Assembly: GCA_951406725.2 (NCBI GenBank)
Contig: OX597821.1
Coordinates: 11,284,001-11,348,000, forward strand
Source of the DNA: Octopus vulgaris
Lineage: Eukaryota
Direction of reading: 5' to 3'
Length of the DNA: 64,000 bases
Under the pieces are notes generated by a model, which ran no database searches, was not told where the DNA came from, and was given only the letters and a program-made list of their open reading frames with translations. Below are positions 1 through 12,480 of this stretch, in pieces (within the stretch, counting starts at the first letter, position 1; each line of letters opens with the position of its first letter). Both the position numbers and the translations under genes were made by a program.

Positions 1-879
1 ACAATGGAATTGATCAACGTGTATCCATCTCTACAACTGGTCAAATATATTTGAAGCAAGGGCAAAGTTACGACTGTTACGGGGGATATGCAAATAAAGA
101 AGAATACGAACTAGTAAAATGGAGGGTGCAGGGGAGAAAATTGGGATATAATTTGCACGAGGCTGCTTATGGCCTTTTGTAACTTCTGAACATAACATAA
201 ATAGGAATAAAATAAATAGATAAAAAAACTATCAGTTAAAGTGCTGAATTTTTTTTTTTATAGTAAGGGGAGACAACTAATACGAAAGGTGCATGCGAGC
301 AGAATTACCTACAGAACTATAAAGCTGAGTCTTACTCACTAGATAGACAGTAAAATTCCTAATGATGGTAATAATGGATGAACAAGTAAATTTGTACACG
401 TAGGTACATGAAAGGGCAAAAGCACAAAACCACGAAACCACAAACATTTAAGCGATTAAAATTAAATAACATGCTAATTACCACCATGGTTACAAACTCC
501 ATGTCCCAACACGGTTTACTAAATCTTACTTAATATGTATTATATTATCATAAAAATTAGATTGTTCATATCAATAAATTTATTAATTATATTAACCCTT
601 ACGTGGGTTCAGCCATACTGGGTCTACCACCAGAATACACTTTCAATCAAACATAGTAAACTCAAGGGAAGTCAGCTACTGTAGTGTCCATGTACAGACC
701 TATATAATCAGGAGTGGGGTAAGTTAACATTGAGTACATTAAATTAAATTCTACAGTGGGGTAGTGTTGTTCCTAAGTGGATAGGACTAGAAGGGTCAAC
801 TTTAAGTGGAGGTAGACCAACATGGATGAGATTGTTGGCACTTATTGTAATCTGGACTTACTTTTTCTACCAGCATATT

Positions 880-1033
880 CATACCCAGAACTTATTCTTT
901 GTAAGCTTAATACTTATTCTATCGGTCTCTTTTGTCGAACTGCTAGTTTACGGGGACCTCCACACACCAGCATCGATTGTCAAGCGATGTTGGGGAGACA
1001 AACACACATACACACTCACACACACACACACAC

Positions 1034-1089
<56 letters not shown>

Positions 1090-1181
1090 GACGTGCTTCT
1101 TTCGGTTGCATTCTACCAAATTCAATCACAAGGCTTCGGTCGGCCTTAGTCTATAGTAGAAGACACTTGCTTAAGGTGTCA
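880..1181 (-). mobile_element. SINE family 1 (tRNA-like head, CORE-like middle, internal CA/TA microsatellite), partial copy
   Basis: Matches the full-length copies at 28957-29340 and 38324-38726 (cttattctttgtaagc...tagtagaagacacttgc). Confidence 0.85.
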
Positions 1182-1360
1182 CATATATATTATTTCATTC
1201 TTATAATTGCTTCAGTCATTAAACTGCAACCATGCTGAGCAATGCCTTGAAGAATTTTAGTCGAACGTATCGACACCAGTCCTAAGTATTTTTCAAAGCC
1301 TGATCTTTTGCCGAACCAGCTGTCAAGCGGAGGTGGTGAATAAACACTGACGCAAAGACA

Positions 1361-1417
<57 letters not shown>

Positions 1418-1445
1418 ACCCCTCGCCCTATATATATATATATAT

Positions 1446-1720
1446 ATATATATAAAACTGAGAATGTGTGTCTGTCTGTCTGTCTGTCTGTCTGTGTGTT
1501 TCCCTAAAACTTGAGAACTACACAATCAATTTCATTCAAATTTTATATATGCCTTACTTAGGGTCCATGTAGTTTCATGGGCAAAAAAAATGTTCAACTT
1601 CTTGCCTAGGGCGAGCCCATAGCAATATCATATCTTCTCCACTATTTCAGTATTACGTGTTAAAAGTGAAACAAAAATATTTCTCTATTTTATGTCAGAT
1701 ACTTTCACTTTAACAATAAA
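1446..1720 (+). mobile_element. Non-autonomous Helitron-like element, 5' portion
   Basis: TATATAAAA start followed by (GTCT)n, as in the other Helitron-like copies. About 240 bp are repeated at 2865-3098. Confidence 0.6.
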
Positions 1721-2309
1721 AATTAGAGATAATAATAACAATTAAATTATATGTAGTAAGTAATAATTAAAATCAAACTAAAGTATAATATAATCGTAAC
1801 ATAACAAAAGTAAAAATAGCAATTGGTACAAAATTGCATCAATGACTTGAACTTGAATAAGTGTTTTCACATGAATGGGAATAAATTAAATTAAATCAAC
1901 TGCGTACTGCTTTTTGATTCACCGCAAGGTTTGTTATTATTATTATTACTGTTTAACTATTGTTATCACGTTTGTTGGTTCCTCGTAAGGGAAACGTTGT
2001 TGTGTTGCATTTGTTAAATAATTGTAAACTGTAACCCTCCCCCTTTGGGAGAAAGAGCTTTGGTTATTGTTTAAAAATTGAATTGTGTCCCTGTTTGGTG
2101 AAATTGACAATATTTTCACCGTTTATACAGAAGCATTTTTGTTAGAATGCCTTCGATAGAAGAAAGTCCAAAAATGAATTTCGCTGCAGCCGTCGGCGGG
2201 CGCGAACTCATTAAAATTAAAATGGAAGAAATACAAACCTATTTCGGATTGATCACCGACAAAGACGGTGAATCTAGGATAACACCACCATACGAAATAA
2301 AAAATTAAA

Positions 2310-2690
2310 CTAAGGAAAAGACTATTGTCTATAAAGTATACAATGTAGAGAAGAAAAAAAGATTTGAACACCTGGAGGAAAGCACCATCGAAACGTGTCT
2401 TGGTGCGACTATGAAAGATATCAAGTATCTAATCAGAGGCGGTAAATTCGCCACACTAGAAGCAAGGTTCGAGTCAACGGAGAGTGAAAGGGAGTACTCG
2501 ACTCGAACCTTGCAAAGTGGAAATATTTTATTTTTACCTTTATATCTGGGACGTAGGACGTCCCGTTTAAAAACTTTAAATGTCACCCCAGAAGTAGAGG
2601 TAGGCTGGATTGTAGCCACACTTCTATACAAGAGGGAAGACAAGATACAATTGATCGAAATTGCAAGAGACGGGCCTACAATTCCAGTCT
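2310..2690 (+). mobile_element. LINE ORF1 (L1/Tx1-like) fragment
   Basis: Open frame ...KDIKYLIRGGKFATLEARF...FLPLYLGRRTSRLKTLNVTPEV resembles the RRM-like region of Tx1/L1 ORF1. Confidence 0.5.
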
Positions 2691-2821
2691 GTTATATATA
2701 TTGAGCATTGTTATCACTAGCGATATCAAGATATAACTTTGTATTTTGTATTTTATGTGTAGATTTATATATATAGATGTACATGAAATATGTACACATA
2801 TATATACACATATATACATGC

Positions 2822-3098
2822 ACTAGCACTATGACCCGGCAACGACGGGTCATAATGCTAGTATATATATAAAACTTAGAATGTGTGTCTGCCTGTCTGT
2901 CTGTGTGAATCCCTGAAACTTGAGAACTACACAACCAATTTCATTCAAAGTTTACACATGCCTTACTTAGGGTCCTTGTAGTGTCATGGGCAAAGAAAAT
3001 GTTTAACTTCTTGCCTAGGGCAAGCCCACAGCAATATCACATCTTCTCCACTATTTCAGTATTACGTGTTAAAAGTGAAACAAATGCATTTCTCTATT
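2822..3098 (+). mobile_element. Helitron-like 3' terminus (hairpin + CTAGT) abutting a second 5' end
   Basis: actagcactatgacccggcaacgacgggtcataatgctagt, then tatataaaacttagaatgtgtgtctg..., a copy of 1446-1690. Confidence 0.6.
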
Positions 3099-3327
3099 GT
3101 ATGTATATGGATGTATATATATACACATGTATATATGTAGATGTAGATGTATAAAAGTATATGTATAGATGTATTTCTATAGATATACATGTATATGTAA
3201 ACATGTATGTCTAGGTGTATATATAGATGTACATGTAATATATACACGTATATATACATATATATACATGCATACATATATACACCCATACGCACACACA
3301 CCGATCCCCCCCACACACACATACATA

Positions 3328-3700
3328 AGTGCAGGTGTGGTTGTGTGGTAACAAACTTGGTTCAAAAACACATGGTCCTCAGTTCAGTCCTACTGTTTGG
3401 TAACTTGGCATGTGTCTTCTGCTATAGCCTGAGACCAACAAAAGCCTTGTCAGCAGATTTTGTAGACAGAAACTGAGAGAAATCAATCGTATGTATATGT
3501 ATGAATATATGTAAGTCTATGTGTGTGTCTTTGTGTTTCTCCCTCATCACTGCTACACAACTGGTGTTCGTTTATTTACATCCCCATAACTTACTGGTTT
3601 CACAAGAAGAAACTGATAGAATATGTACCAGGCCTGTCAAAATATAAAAAAGCACTATGCAGTGTCTCATATTTTTGTTTGCCCACTCAGTTGTATCTAT
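3328..3700 (+). mobile_element. SINE family 1, diverged copy
   Basis: tRNA-like head gcaggtgtggttgtgtggtaa...gttcagtcctactg followed by cttggcatgtgtcttctgctatagcc. Confidence 0.8.
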
Positions 3701-3748
3701 CAATTTATCTTTGTGTGTGTGTGTACATACAAACATACATATATATAT

Positions 3749-3975
3749 ATTTCTTTACTACCCACAAGGGGCTAAACATAGAGGGGACAAACAAGGACAG
3801 ACAAAGGGATTAAGTCGACTACATCGACCCCAGTGCGTAACTGGTACTTAATTTATCGACCCCGAAAGGATGAAAGGCAAAGTCGACCTCGGCGGAATTT
3901 GAACTCGGAACGTAACGACAGACGAAATACGGCTACGAATTTCGCCCGGCGTGCTAACGTTTCTACCAGCTCGCC
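3749..3975 (-). mobile_element. SINE family 2 (Meta-domain-like), full copy
   Basis: Reverse complement of ggcgagctgg...gttcaaattccgccgaggtcgactttgcctttcatcctttcggggtcgat...gtagtaaagaaata. The central GCCTTTCATCCTT..GGTCGATAAA..AGTACCAG resembles the MetaSINE domain. Confidence 0.85.
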
Positions 3976-3982
3976 GTGTGTG

Positions 3983-4017
<35 letters not shown>

Positions 4018-4117
4018 GCTTGTGTGTGTGTGTGTATGTGTGTGTGTGGAGATTTTGTGGACAGGAACTAAAACAAATCAATCGTATATATATATGTATA
4101 TATGTAAGTGTATGTGT

Positions 4118-6836
4118 TTTGGTATTGGCAACATGAATGACAATGGTCAGAGACTACTTGAATTTTGCCCATACCATAACCTGTGCACCACCAACACATT
4201 CTTTGCCAACAAGACATCCCACAAGGCATCTTGGAGACATCCAAGATCTCACCACTGGCATCAGCTGGATCTCATCATTACACGAATATCCTTTCTGAAT
4301 TCTGTTCAACTGACCCGTAGTTACCACAGCGTGGATTGTGACACAGATTATTCACTAATAAGAAGCAGGGTGAGGATTTTGCCTAAAAAAGTCCATCACT
4401 CCAAGAAAATGGGCCGACCACGCATTAACACTGCCAGAACCTCGGATCCTACACTGCGACAATGTTTTGCTGTTTCCATCAAGGTTGCCCTCAGTAGCTG
4501 CCCAACCTCCTCTGTTGCCATTAGGTAGAATTATATCAGGGAAGCTTTGTATACCACATCAATAGATACTTTAGGCATGTGAGAAAGGCAAAACCCAGAT
4601 TTTGTTCAGTGCTGGGCTGTCAGAGCTGGAAACAATTATCGAAGCAAAGTGTGCAGCTCTGATGCAATACAAGAGTGATTCTTCTACAAAGTTACTCGAA
4701 GAACTCAGAAAGGCAAGAAATAAAACCCAACTGACTGCCAGACGCTGTGCAAATAGGTATTTACAGGAAATCTGTCAGAGTATCAAGTCAGCTGCTGACA
4801 GTGGCGACACCCGTGGGATATATGCCGGTTTGAAGAAGGCCCTTGGTCTATCCACAACCAAGTCAGCCCTTCTGAAATCAACTACTGGAGATCTCATCAA
4901 GGACCAAAGCAAGCAAATGGATAGATGGGTGGATCTCTACCAGGATCTCTACACACGGGAGACCACGGTAGCTGAGGCTGCAATGGAGGGTGTCAAGATC
5001 TTGCCAGTCACGTGCGAACTTGACAGTCTGCCATCTATAGCAGAGCTCACCAATGCTATTGACTCCCTAGCAAGTAACAAGTCTTCGAAAAAAGACGGTA
5101 TGCCCTTAGAGATCATCAAAACCGGCAAAAACACCATCTTGCTTCGGCACATTCATGAGCTTCTGTGTCAGTGCTGGGAAGAGGGTACAGTCCCTCAGGA
5201 TATGCGGGATGCTAACATCATTAGGCTTTGCAAAAACAAAGGTGACCGTGGTGATTGTAATAAGTACCGTAGAATATCTCTTCTAAGCACTGTTGGAAAG
5301 ACCTTTGCTCGCATTATCCTGTCCAGGCTGCAACTGCTTGCTTTTCGAATATATCCAGAATCACAGTGTGGCTTTAGAAGTAGCAGATTGACTATTGACA
5401 TGATATTCTCCATACGCCAACTTCAGGAGACGTCCACAGAGCAGAAAATGCCATTATATATGGCCTTCATTGATCTGACAAAGGCCTTTGACTTGGTAAG
5501 TAGAAAAGACATCTTCATCGAGCTCCAAAAAATTGGATGTCCACCAAAGCTGCTGAGGATCATCAAATCTTTCCATGATGATATGCAAGGCATCATACAG
5601 CACAATGGTTCAACATCAGCCGCCTTCCAAATAAAAAATGTGGTAAAACAAGGTTGTGTCCTTGCTCCTACATTATTTGGAATCTTCTTCTCGCTGCTGC
5701 TGTCACACGCCTTTGAGACATCAGATGATGGAGTGTTTTTGCACGGAAGAAATGATGGGAAACTGTTCAATCTCTCCCGTCTGCGTGCCAAGACCAAAGT
5801 CAGAAGCGTCCTGATCAGGGAGATGCTATTTGCTGATGGTGCCGCTCTGGTATCACACACAGAAGCCCTACAAAGGCTCATCAACTGTTTTGAGCAAGCA
5901 TGTGGTAACTTTGGCTTAGTTATCAGCCTCAACAAGACCAACATCATTGGTCAGGCTACATCGGACATCCCAAACATACATATTGGAGACCACAGACTAC
6001 AGGAGGTGGAGAAGTTTACCTATCTTGGCTCTACCGTTACCTACAACTTATCCCTTGATGCTGAGCTCAATATACGCATTTGCAAGGCAGCTGCTGTGAT
6101 GGCCCAACTCTCCAAACGGGTATGGAACAACAATAAGCTGACCAAGATCACAAAAATGAAGATTTACCAGGCATGCGTACTTAGCACTCTACTGTATGGA
6201 AGTGAGACTTGGACGCCAAACACACGCCAAGAGCATCGCCTAAATATCTTTCGCCTGCGCTGCCTCCGAAAAATGCTTCGCATCAAACGGCAGAACCATG
6301 TCCCCAACAAAGATGTTCTCAAGCAAGTAGGAATACCAAGCATATTTGCACTCTTCACACAAAGGCATATGAGATGGCTTGGACATGTTAGCCGTATGGA
6401 AGATGGCTGAATCCCCAAGGACATACTCTTCGGAGAGCTTGCTAAGGGCAATAGGTCTGTGGGAAGACCGTTCTTACGATACAAGGATGTTTGCAGAAGG
6501 GACATGAATGCCTGCAACATCAATATTACCAACTGGGAAGCAGTTGCCATCAACCGTGGAGATTGGTGACGTACCGTAAAAGGGGAAACACAAAGGAGTG
6601 ACATAGAGAGAGAAGAAAAATGGAAAGACAAGAAAAGACGTCAACAAGAAACTATGACATTACAACCAGCCAGGCAAAGTCTTCGCTACATTTGCGGCAA
6701 CTGTCAGAGGGAGTGTTTGTACAGGATAGGACTACACAGCCACAGCAGGAGATGTATTAGGACATGAAATGTAAAAGCTGGACTAGATTATTTTATGCAC
6801 AACACCATTGTCTCCCGAGACAAAACGGACTTCGTT
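4118..6836 (+). mobile_element. RTE-clade LINE, 5'-truncated and inactivated (APE C-terminus, RT, C-terminal zinc finger)
   Basis: GNMNDNGQRLLEFC..NTFF..WRHPRSHHWHQLDLII (APE). Then PESQCGFR, FIDLTKAFD, VKQGCVLAPTLF, FADG (normally FADD) and KFTYLGS. C-terminal CGNC..GLHSHSRRC. Stops at ~4526, 6408 and ~6567 and a frameshift near 4600. Flanked by a ~58-bp direct repeat. Confidence 0.95.
4602..6410 (+). pseudogene. RTE reverse transcriptase ORF remnant (602 aa)
   Basis: RT motifs present, catalytic FADD changed to FADG, premature TGA before RIPKDILFGEL. Confidence 0.9.
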
Positions 6837-7091
6837 GACAGGAACTGAAACAAATCAATCGTATATATATGTATGTATATATGTAAGTGTATGTGTGTGT
6901 CTTTGTCTCTGTGTTTCACCCTCATCACTGCTTCACAACTGCTGTTCATTTATTTATATCCACATAACTTACTGGTTTCACAAAAATAAACTAATAGAAT
7001 AAGTAACATAAAAAAGCACTAGGCTGTGTCTCATATTTTTGTTTGCCCACTCAGTTGTATCTATCAATTTATCTTTGTATGTGTGTGTGTA

Positions 7092-7139
<48 letters not shown>

Positions 7140-7142
<3 letters not shown>

Positions 7143-8445
7143 CACCCTAATAGGAGCCTTAACTCCGAAATTTTAGTCATTTATTTATGATCTAAAACTA
7201 GGTCAAAGTTACTGAATGGATCTTTATGAAATTTGGAAATTATATTCTATGCATAAGGGCCATAACCCCCATGACAATTCATATATATTTGCTGTTGACG
7301 AAATTTTAACCATATGAAGTAATATTTATAAAATTTCATCTTCTTACAAGTTAGAAAGACCCCTCCATGGGGACTTAACACCCACAATTTTGTCATTTTA
7401 TCAAAGCAAAAACCAATACAGTTGTGCTCTTGGAAGCTGTAGGGTTACCCGAGCATAAAAGATGAGCATTATTTGAAATTCAATGGTACAACAGTGTAAC
7501 AGTTTACTTTGACATACACTTACATTGTGATTTCTGCAATGTGGTGCATAAATTGTCGAGTAAATGAGAGCCATCTTTGTCGTCACTGATTCAGTTGCAA
7601 AGTGTTGAGTAAAGTTATTTGATTGCAGACCTCCTTTCAGTCTTTTTATTATCTCTCGGTCACACATAGTCCCCAGATGGTAACATTGATTTCAAGGCCT
7701 TCCCAGATGAGTGACTGGTTATTCAAAGATATTTATAGATTTTAAATTTATATATTCTGTCCAGTTACGTATCAGTATAGTGGTCATTTGCAAACATCAG
7801 AGGTGACACTTTAGTTTCTCCTTAGCCCTCACATCACACAGTTGTTAATGTTTATTTCATTTGGGTCACGCCCTTCTAATTGCTATAGATTCTTAATGCA
7901 TCTTACGGTTGTGCCTGTCACCTGGATGGTGAGGAATCCTACATTGGGAGTGGTAACGACTTGGATAATGTAACTGACTGCTTATTCTGATCATTCATCT
8001 TTTGGGTTCCTGTAGCTTTGCTCTCTTTTACAAACCCAGTGAACATATATTTCCTATTTCAAAGAAATTCAAATAATAGATATAAGACCCAAGTTAAAAA
8101 GATTCTCAAGAATTCAACTTCTTTGGTTGACACTAAGATGGCCACCCCCAACAGGGGCCTTAACTCTCACATTTTAGAGCTCCATGGCCTTCATTTTTTA
8201 GGAGCAAAATCTTTTTAACAGGTTCATGAAGACTGGAATTTTGGAATATGCGCATAAAAATCTGTAGTATGGGAAACATGTGGCACGATTACAATTTTTT
8301 TAGGGTGTGTAAAGAGGGAAATAACCCTCATCTGCAATTTTGATGAAATTCGAAACATATATATTCCAGTTCATTAGAGAAAATATAATAGAAATGTATA
8401 ATTCTTCAATTGAATGTAACCGGGCAACGCCGGGTATCTCTGCTA

Positions 8446-8447
<2 letters not shown>
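7140..8447 (+). mobile_element. Non-autonomous Helitron-like element in (TA)n
   Basis: Ends in accgggcaacgccgggt hairpin + tctctgCTAG|T. Flanked by TA repeats, no TSD. Confidence 0.6.
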
Positions 8448-8483
<36 letters not shown>

Positions 8484-8880
8484 GTGTGTACGTACATACG
8501 ACTGGTCTCTTTGCGTTTCCGTGTAGCAAATCCACTCAGATGTCATTGGTCGGCCTGAGGCTGTAGACAATATACAAGGTGTTTGCTTGTAGACTCTTAT
8601 AATTATTAATTCCGAACTGTTGGGAATTTGAAGTTTGGCTACTCCCAACTTCAAAAGGATTTTTGCTTCTTTGAAGACTCTCAGGATAAATGAAACTAGT
8701 GAAACCCTCCACTAACAATTACAGTTTTTAGTAATACCAATAATTGTCCTGCTATATATACACCTGTACTCATGCATAAACAGATGTATACATACATACA
8801 TAAATACATGCATACATACATGCATACATACATACATACATACATACATACATACATACATACATACATACATACATACA

Positions 8881-8914
<34 letters not shown>

Positions 8915-8929
8915 CATGCATACATGCAT

Positions 8930-9040
8930 GGATGTAGATTAGATCAATGTAGATTATGTAGATCAGCCTCGGAAGTAGGTTTGAAACCGGTTCTTTCTCT
9001 CTTGGCAAGAAATCTTGAAATAAAACTGAATAATGACATA
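8930..9040 (+). mobile_element. 3' end of a (CATA)n-associated retroelement
   Basis: aaaccggttctttctct..ggcaagaaatcttgaaataaaactgaataatgac(ATAC)n, the same unit as 46160-46650 in the opposite orientation. Confidence 0.7.
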
Positions 9041-9179
9041 CATACATACATACATACATACATACATACATACATACATACATACACACATACACATATA
9101 TACGTACATGTGTGTGGTTGTATGCATGCATGTATGTATGTATGTATTATGTATGTATGAAAATATGTGAATATCTATA

Positions 9180-9569
9180 GTGGAGGTGCAATGGCCCAGT
9201 GGTTAGGGCAGCGGACTCGCGGTCGTAGGATCGCGGTTTCGATTCCCAGACCGGGCGTTGTGAGTGTTTATTGAGCGAAAACGCCTAAAGCTCCACGAGG
9301 CTCCGGCAGGTTTTGTGGTGATCCCTGCTGTACTCTTTCACCACAACTTTCTCTCACTCTTACTTCCTGTTTCTGTTGCACCTGTATTTCAAAGGGCTGG
9401 CCTTGTCACTCTCTGTGTCACGCTGAATATCCCCGAGAACTACGTTAAGGGGTACACGTGTCTGTGGAGTACTCAGCCACTTACACGTTAATTTCACGAG
9501 CAGGCTGTTCCGTTGATCGGATCAACCGGAACCCTCGTCGTCGTAACCGACGGAGTGAAAAGAAGAGAA
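9180..9569 (+). mobile_element. SINE family 3 (tRNA-derived head), full length with TSD
   Basis: A box tggcccagtgg, B-box-like ggtttcgattccc. TSD GAATATCTATA at 9169-9179 and 9570-9580. Confidence 0.9.
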
Positions 9570-9694
9570 GAATATCTATAGATATTATGTGTATATAAGT
9601 GCACATAATATATATGAATATATGCATGTGTGTGTAGCCGCCTGAGGGAATGCAAAGAATGCTATTTGTATGTTTGTATGTATGGTTCTCTGTC

Positions 9695-9700
9695 TTTATT
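9695..9700 (-). promoter_or_regulatory. Candidate poly(A) signal AATAAA of the minus-strand gene
   Basis: Located ~54 nt downstream of the predicted TAA at 9754-9756. Confidence 0.35.
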
Positions 9701-9753
9701 TGTTTGTTTGTTTGTTTGTATTTCTATTTGTTCAGCATAAATTGGAAATAGAT

Positions 9754-9918
9754 TTAGAAACGAAGACGTCTGAAAAAAGAATTCTTATAAGTGACTCTCG
9801 TATAGTCTCTACTAAAATACTTCTTTCGCTTTATTTCTGAAATAATATCTTGTTCGAGTCTGTTTTTGTCCTTTGCCGTGCATAAAATAGGAACAAAATC
9901 TCCTTCATCATCTACACC
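9754..9918 (-). CDS. Predicted terminal exon of an uncharacterised multi-exon gene
   Basis: Acceptor ttattacactag|, phase 0. 54 open codons GVDDEGDFVPILCTAKDKNRLEQDIISEIKRKKYFSRDYTRVTYKNSFFRRLRF*. Confidence 0.6.
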   Translation of the reverse strand, partial: GVDDEGDFVPILCTAKDKNRLEQDIISEIKRKKYFSRDYTRVTYKNSFFRRLRF

Positions 9919-10074
9919 CTAGTGTAATAAATACGACAGGACACATGTAAAATGAATGTAGTATCTTTATGAAAGCGACTACACATATGAGATATGAATG
10001 TAATGACTGAGCGGTCTGGACCCACATTAATATTATCCATCTACTCAGAAGACCGTCATGTAGCTTTGCATTAA

Positions 10075-11515
10075 TCCTTTCTACTATCGACACAGGGCCT
10101 GAAATGTGTTGGGAGGAGCACTGTGCTCAACTGAAACTTATTTTATCACCCAGAAGGGATGAAAAGTAAAATCGACCATGGCAGGATTTGAACTCAGAAT
10201 TTAAAGACGGATGAAATGCTGCTATGTATTTTGCCCCGCGTGTTAACAACGCTGCCACTCGACGCCTTCGGAACTATGCACTAATCTTTTCTACTCTAGA
10301 CACAAGGCCCGAAATTTTTGGGCAGGAGCGCAGTCGATTACATCGACACCAGTACGCAACTGGTACTTAATTTATCGACCCAGAAGGGATGGAAGGCAAG
10401 TCCACCTCGGCAGCACTTGAACTCAGAATGTAAACACAGACGAAATACCTATTTCTTTATTACCCACAAGGGGTTAAACATAGAGGGGACACAGGGACAG
10501 ACAGACGGATTAAGTCGATTACATCGACCCCAGTAAGTAACTGGTACTTAATTTATCGAGCCCGAAAGCTTGAAAGGCAAAGTCGACCTCGGCGGAATTT
10601 GAACTCAGAAGGTAACGGCAGATGAAATACCTATTTCTTTACTACCCACAAGGGGCTAAACACAGAGGGGACAAACAAGGACAGACAAAGGAATTTAAGT
10701 CGATTACATCGACCCCAGTGCGTAACTGGTACTTAATTTATCGACCCCGAAAGGATGAAAGGTAAAGTCGACCTCGGCGGAATTTGAACTCAGAACGTAA
10801 CGGCAGACGAAATACCGCTAAGCATTTCGACAGGCGTGCTAACGATTCTACCAGCTCACCGCTTTTACAGATTAAGAGTATATTCTTTTCCTAGTCCAGG
10901 CACAAGGCCCAAAATTTTGGGGGAGAGGCCAGTCGATAAGATCGACCATGTACACAGCTAGTACTAAATTTATTGACCCCGAAAGGATCAAAGAAGTAGA
11001 CCTCGATGGAATTTGAGCTCAGAATGTAACGGCAGATGAAATACCTATTTCCTTACTACCCACAAGGGGCTAAACACAGAGAGGACAGACAAAGAGATTA
11101 AGTCGATTATATCGACCCAGTGCGTAACTGGTATTTAATTTATCGACCCAGAAAGGATGAAAGGCAAAGTCGACATCGGCAGAATTTGAACTCAGAACGT
11201 TACGGCAGATGAAATACCGCTAAGCATTTCACCCGGTGTGCTAACGTTTCTATTTCTTTACTGTCCACAAGGAACTACGCATAGAGGAGATACACAAGGA
11301 CAGACAAACGGATTAAGTCGATTATATCGACCCCAGTGCGTAACTGGTACTTATTTAATTGACCCCGTAAGGATGAATGGCAAAGTAGACCTCGGTGGAA
11401 TTTGAACTCAGAACGTTACGGCAGATGAAATACCGCTAAGCATTACGCCCGGTGTGCTAACGTTTCTGCCAGCACATGGCCTTTATAAAGAGGGGACACC
11501 ACAAGGACAGACAGA
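10075..11515 (-). mobile_element. Tandem array of about 7 SINE family 2 units
   Basis: Repeated ~185-bp units (gtcgattacatcgaccccagtgcgtaactggtac...gaatttgaactcagaac) joined at gaaatac|ctatttc. Confidence 0.9.
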
Positions 11516-11899
11516 ACAAGACAATGGGGTACATATAAATATATATCAGATGATTTATATGACGAAAATGAGGCTTACTTGCCCCCAAAGCAAGTACTTT
11601 CATTTTACTGTTTTTTAAATTACAATTTTAGAGTACAGTCTTGTATCTTTTTCTTTAACACAAAAATTATAACAAATACTGCATTATATCGGCAAAAATT
11701 ACAACAGGCGGCAGTTCGTCGTATCTATATTGAAGTGGTGTTATTTCAACTCTTTTTTTTTTCCCAAATACTTCTATCCTCTCCCCTCTTTCTCTCTCCA
11801 ACAGCACATCCTTCTTACCTTCATGGTTTGCCATTTTCACTCTGATAACATTTTTCATTTTTGTTACTCTTTTCAATTTCGACGCTTTTTTCATGTACT

Positions 11900-12480
11900 A
11901 TGAGGCTTCTTAAGTTTCATCCCTGTCGGTATGTTCTCTGATATCTTTCACCAGTCTCTTCATTCGACACAATTTTCTCTGTCTCAAATTCGCAGTCTCT
12001 TTCGTCTTCATTCTTCTGTCGTGCTCCTTCTTCCTTACCGGTTAAAGGCAACGGTTCCTGAGTTTGCATTTCACTTGATTTTTCATTTGATTTTCCATTT
12101 TTCTTCTTTTCTCTCTTCTTCTCTTCCTCGATTGTTCTTCTTTTCTTCTCCTTGGGGTTTTAGGTGGTGATTCTAAATTCCTTTTTTATTTTCACCACCA
12201 TAAACTGCTCGTCCATTTTCTCCTCTGCTACAGCTGTACTCTCTTCTTGAATTTCTGTTTCTATTTTTTCCTCATCGTGTTTCTGGGGACTCTTGGTCTT
12301 CATGTGTCCCCTTACTCCACACGCAAAATATATTGGAGGTCTACCTTCCACAACAATCCTTAATTTGGTCTCGTCTGGCACCACCAGCTCTTCCACAATC
12401 TTATGGCGGTCTGGGAGGCTTGTATGGGCTATTACTTCTAGCCCATATCCCCAGCAGCTGACCTATAACAGTTTAACCAT
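11900..12480 (-). mobile_element. LINE ORF1 fragment with degenerate CCHC knuckle
   Basis: LRIVVEGRPPIYFACGVRGHMKTKSP (decayed CX2CX4HX4C) followed by a Glu/Lys-rich segment. Confidence 0.6.

Noticed and set aside
10285-11515. CRISPR-like repeat array
   Set aside because: Units are ~185-bp SINE bodies with no unique spacers, no cas genes, and a eukaryotic context.
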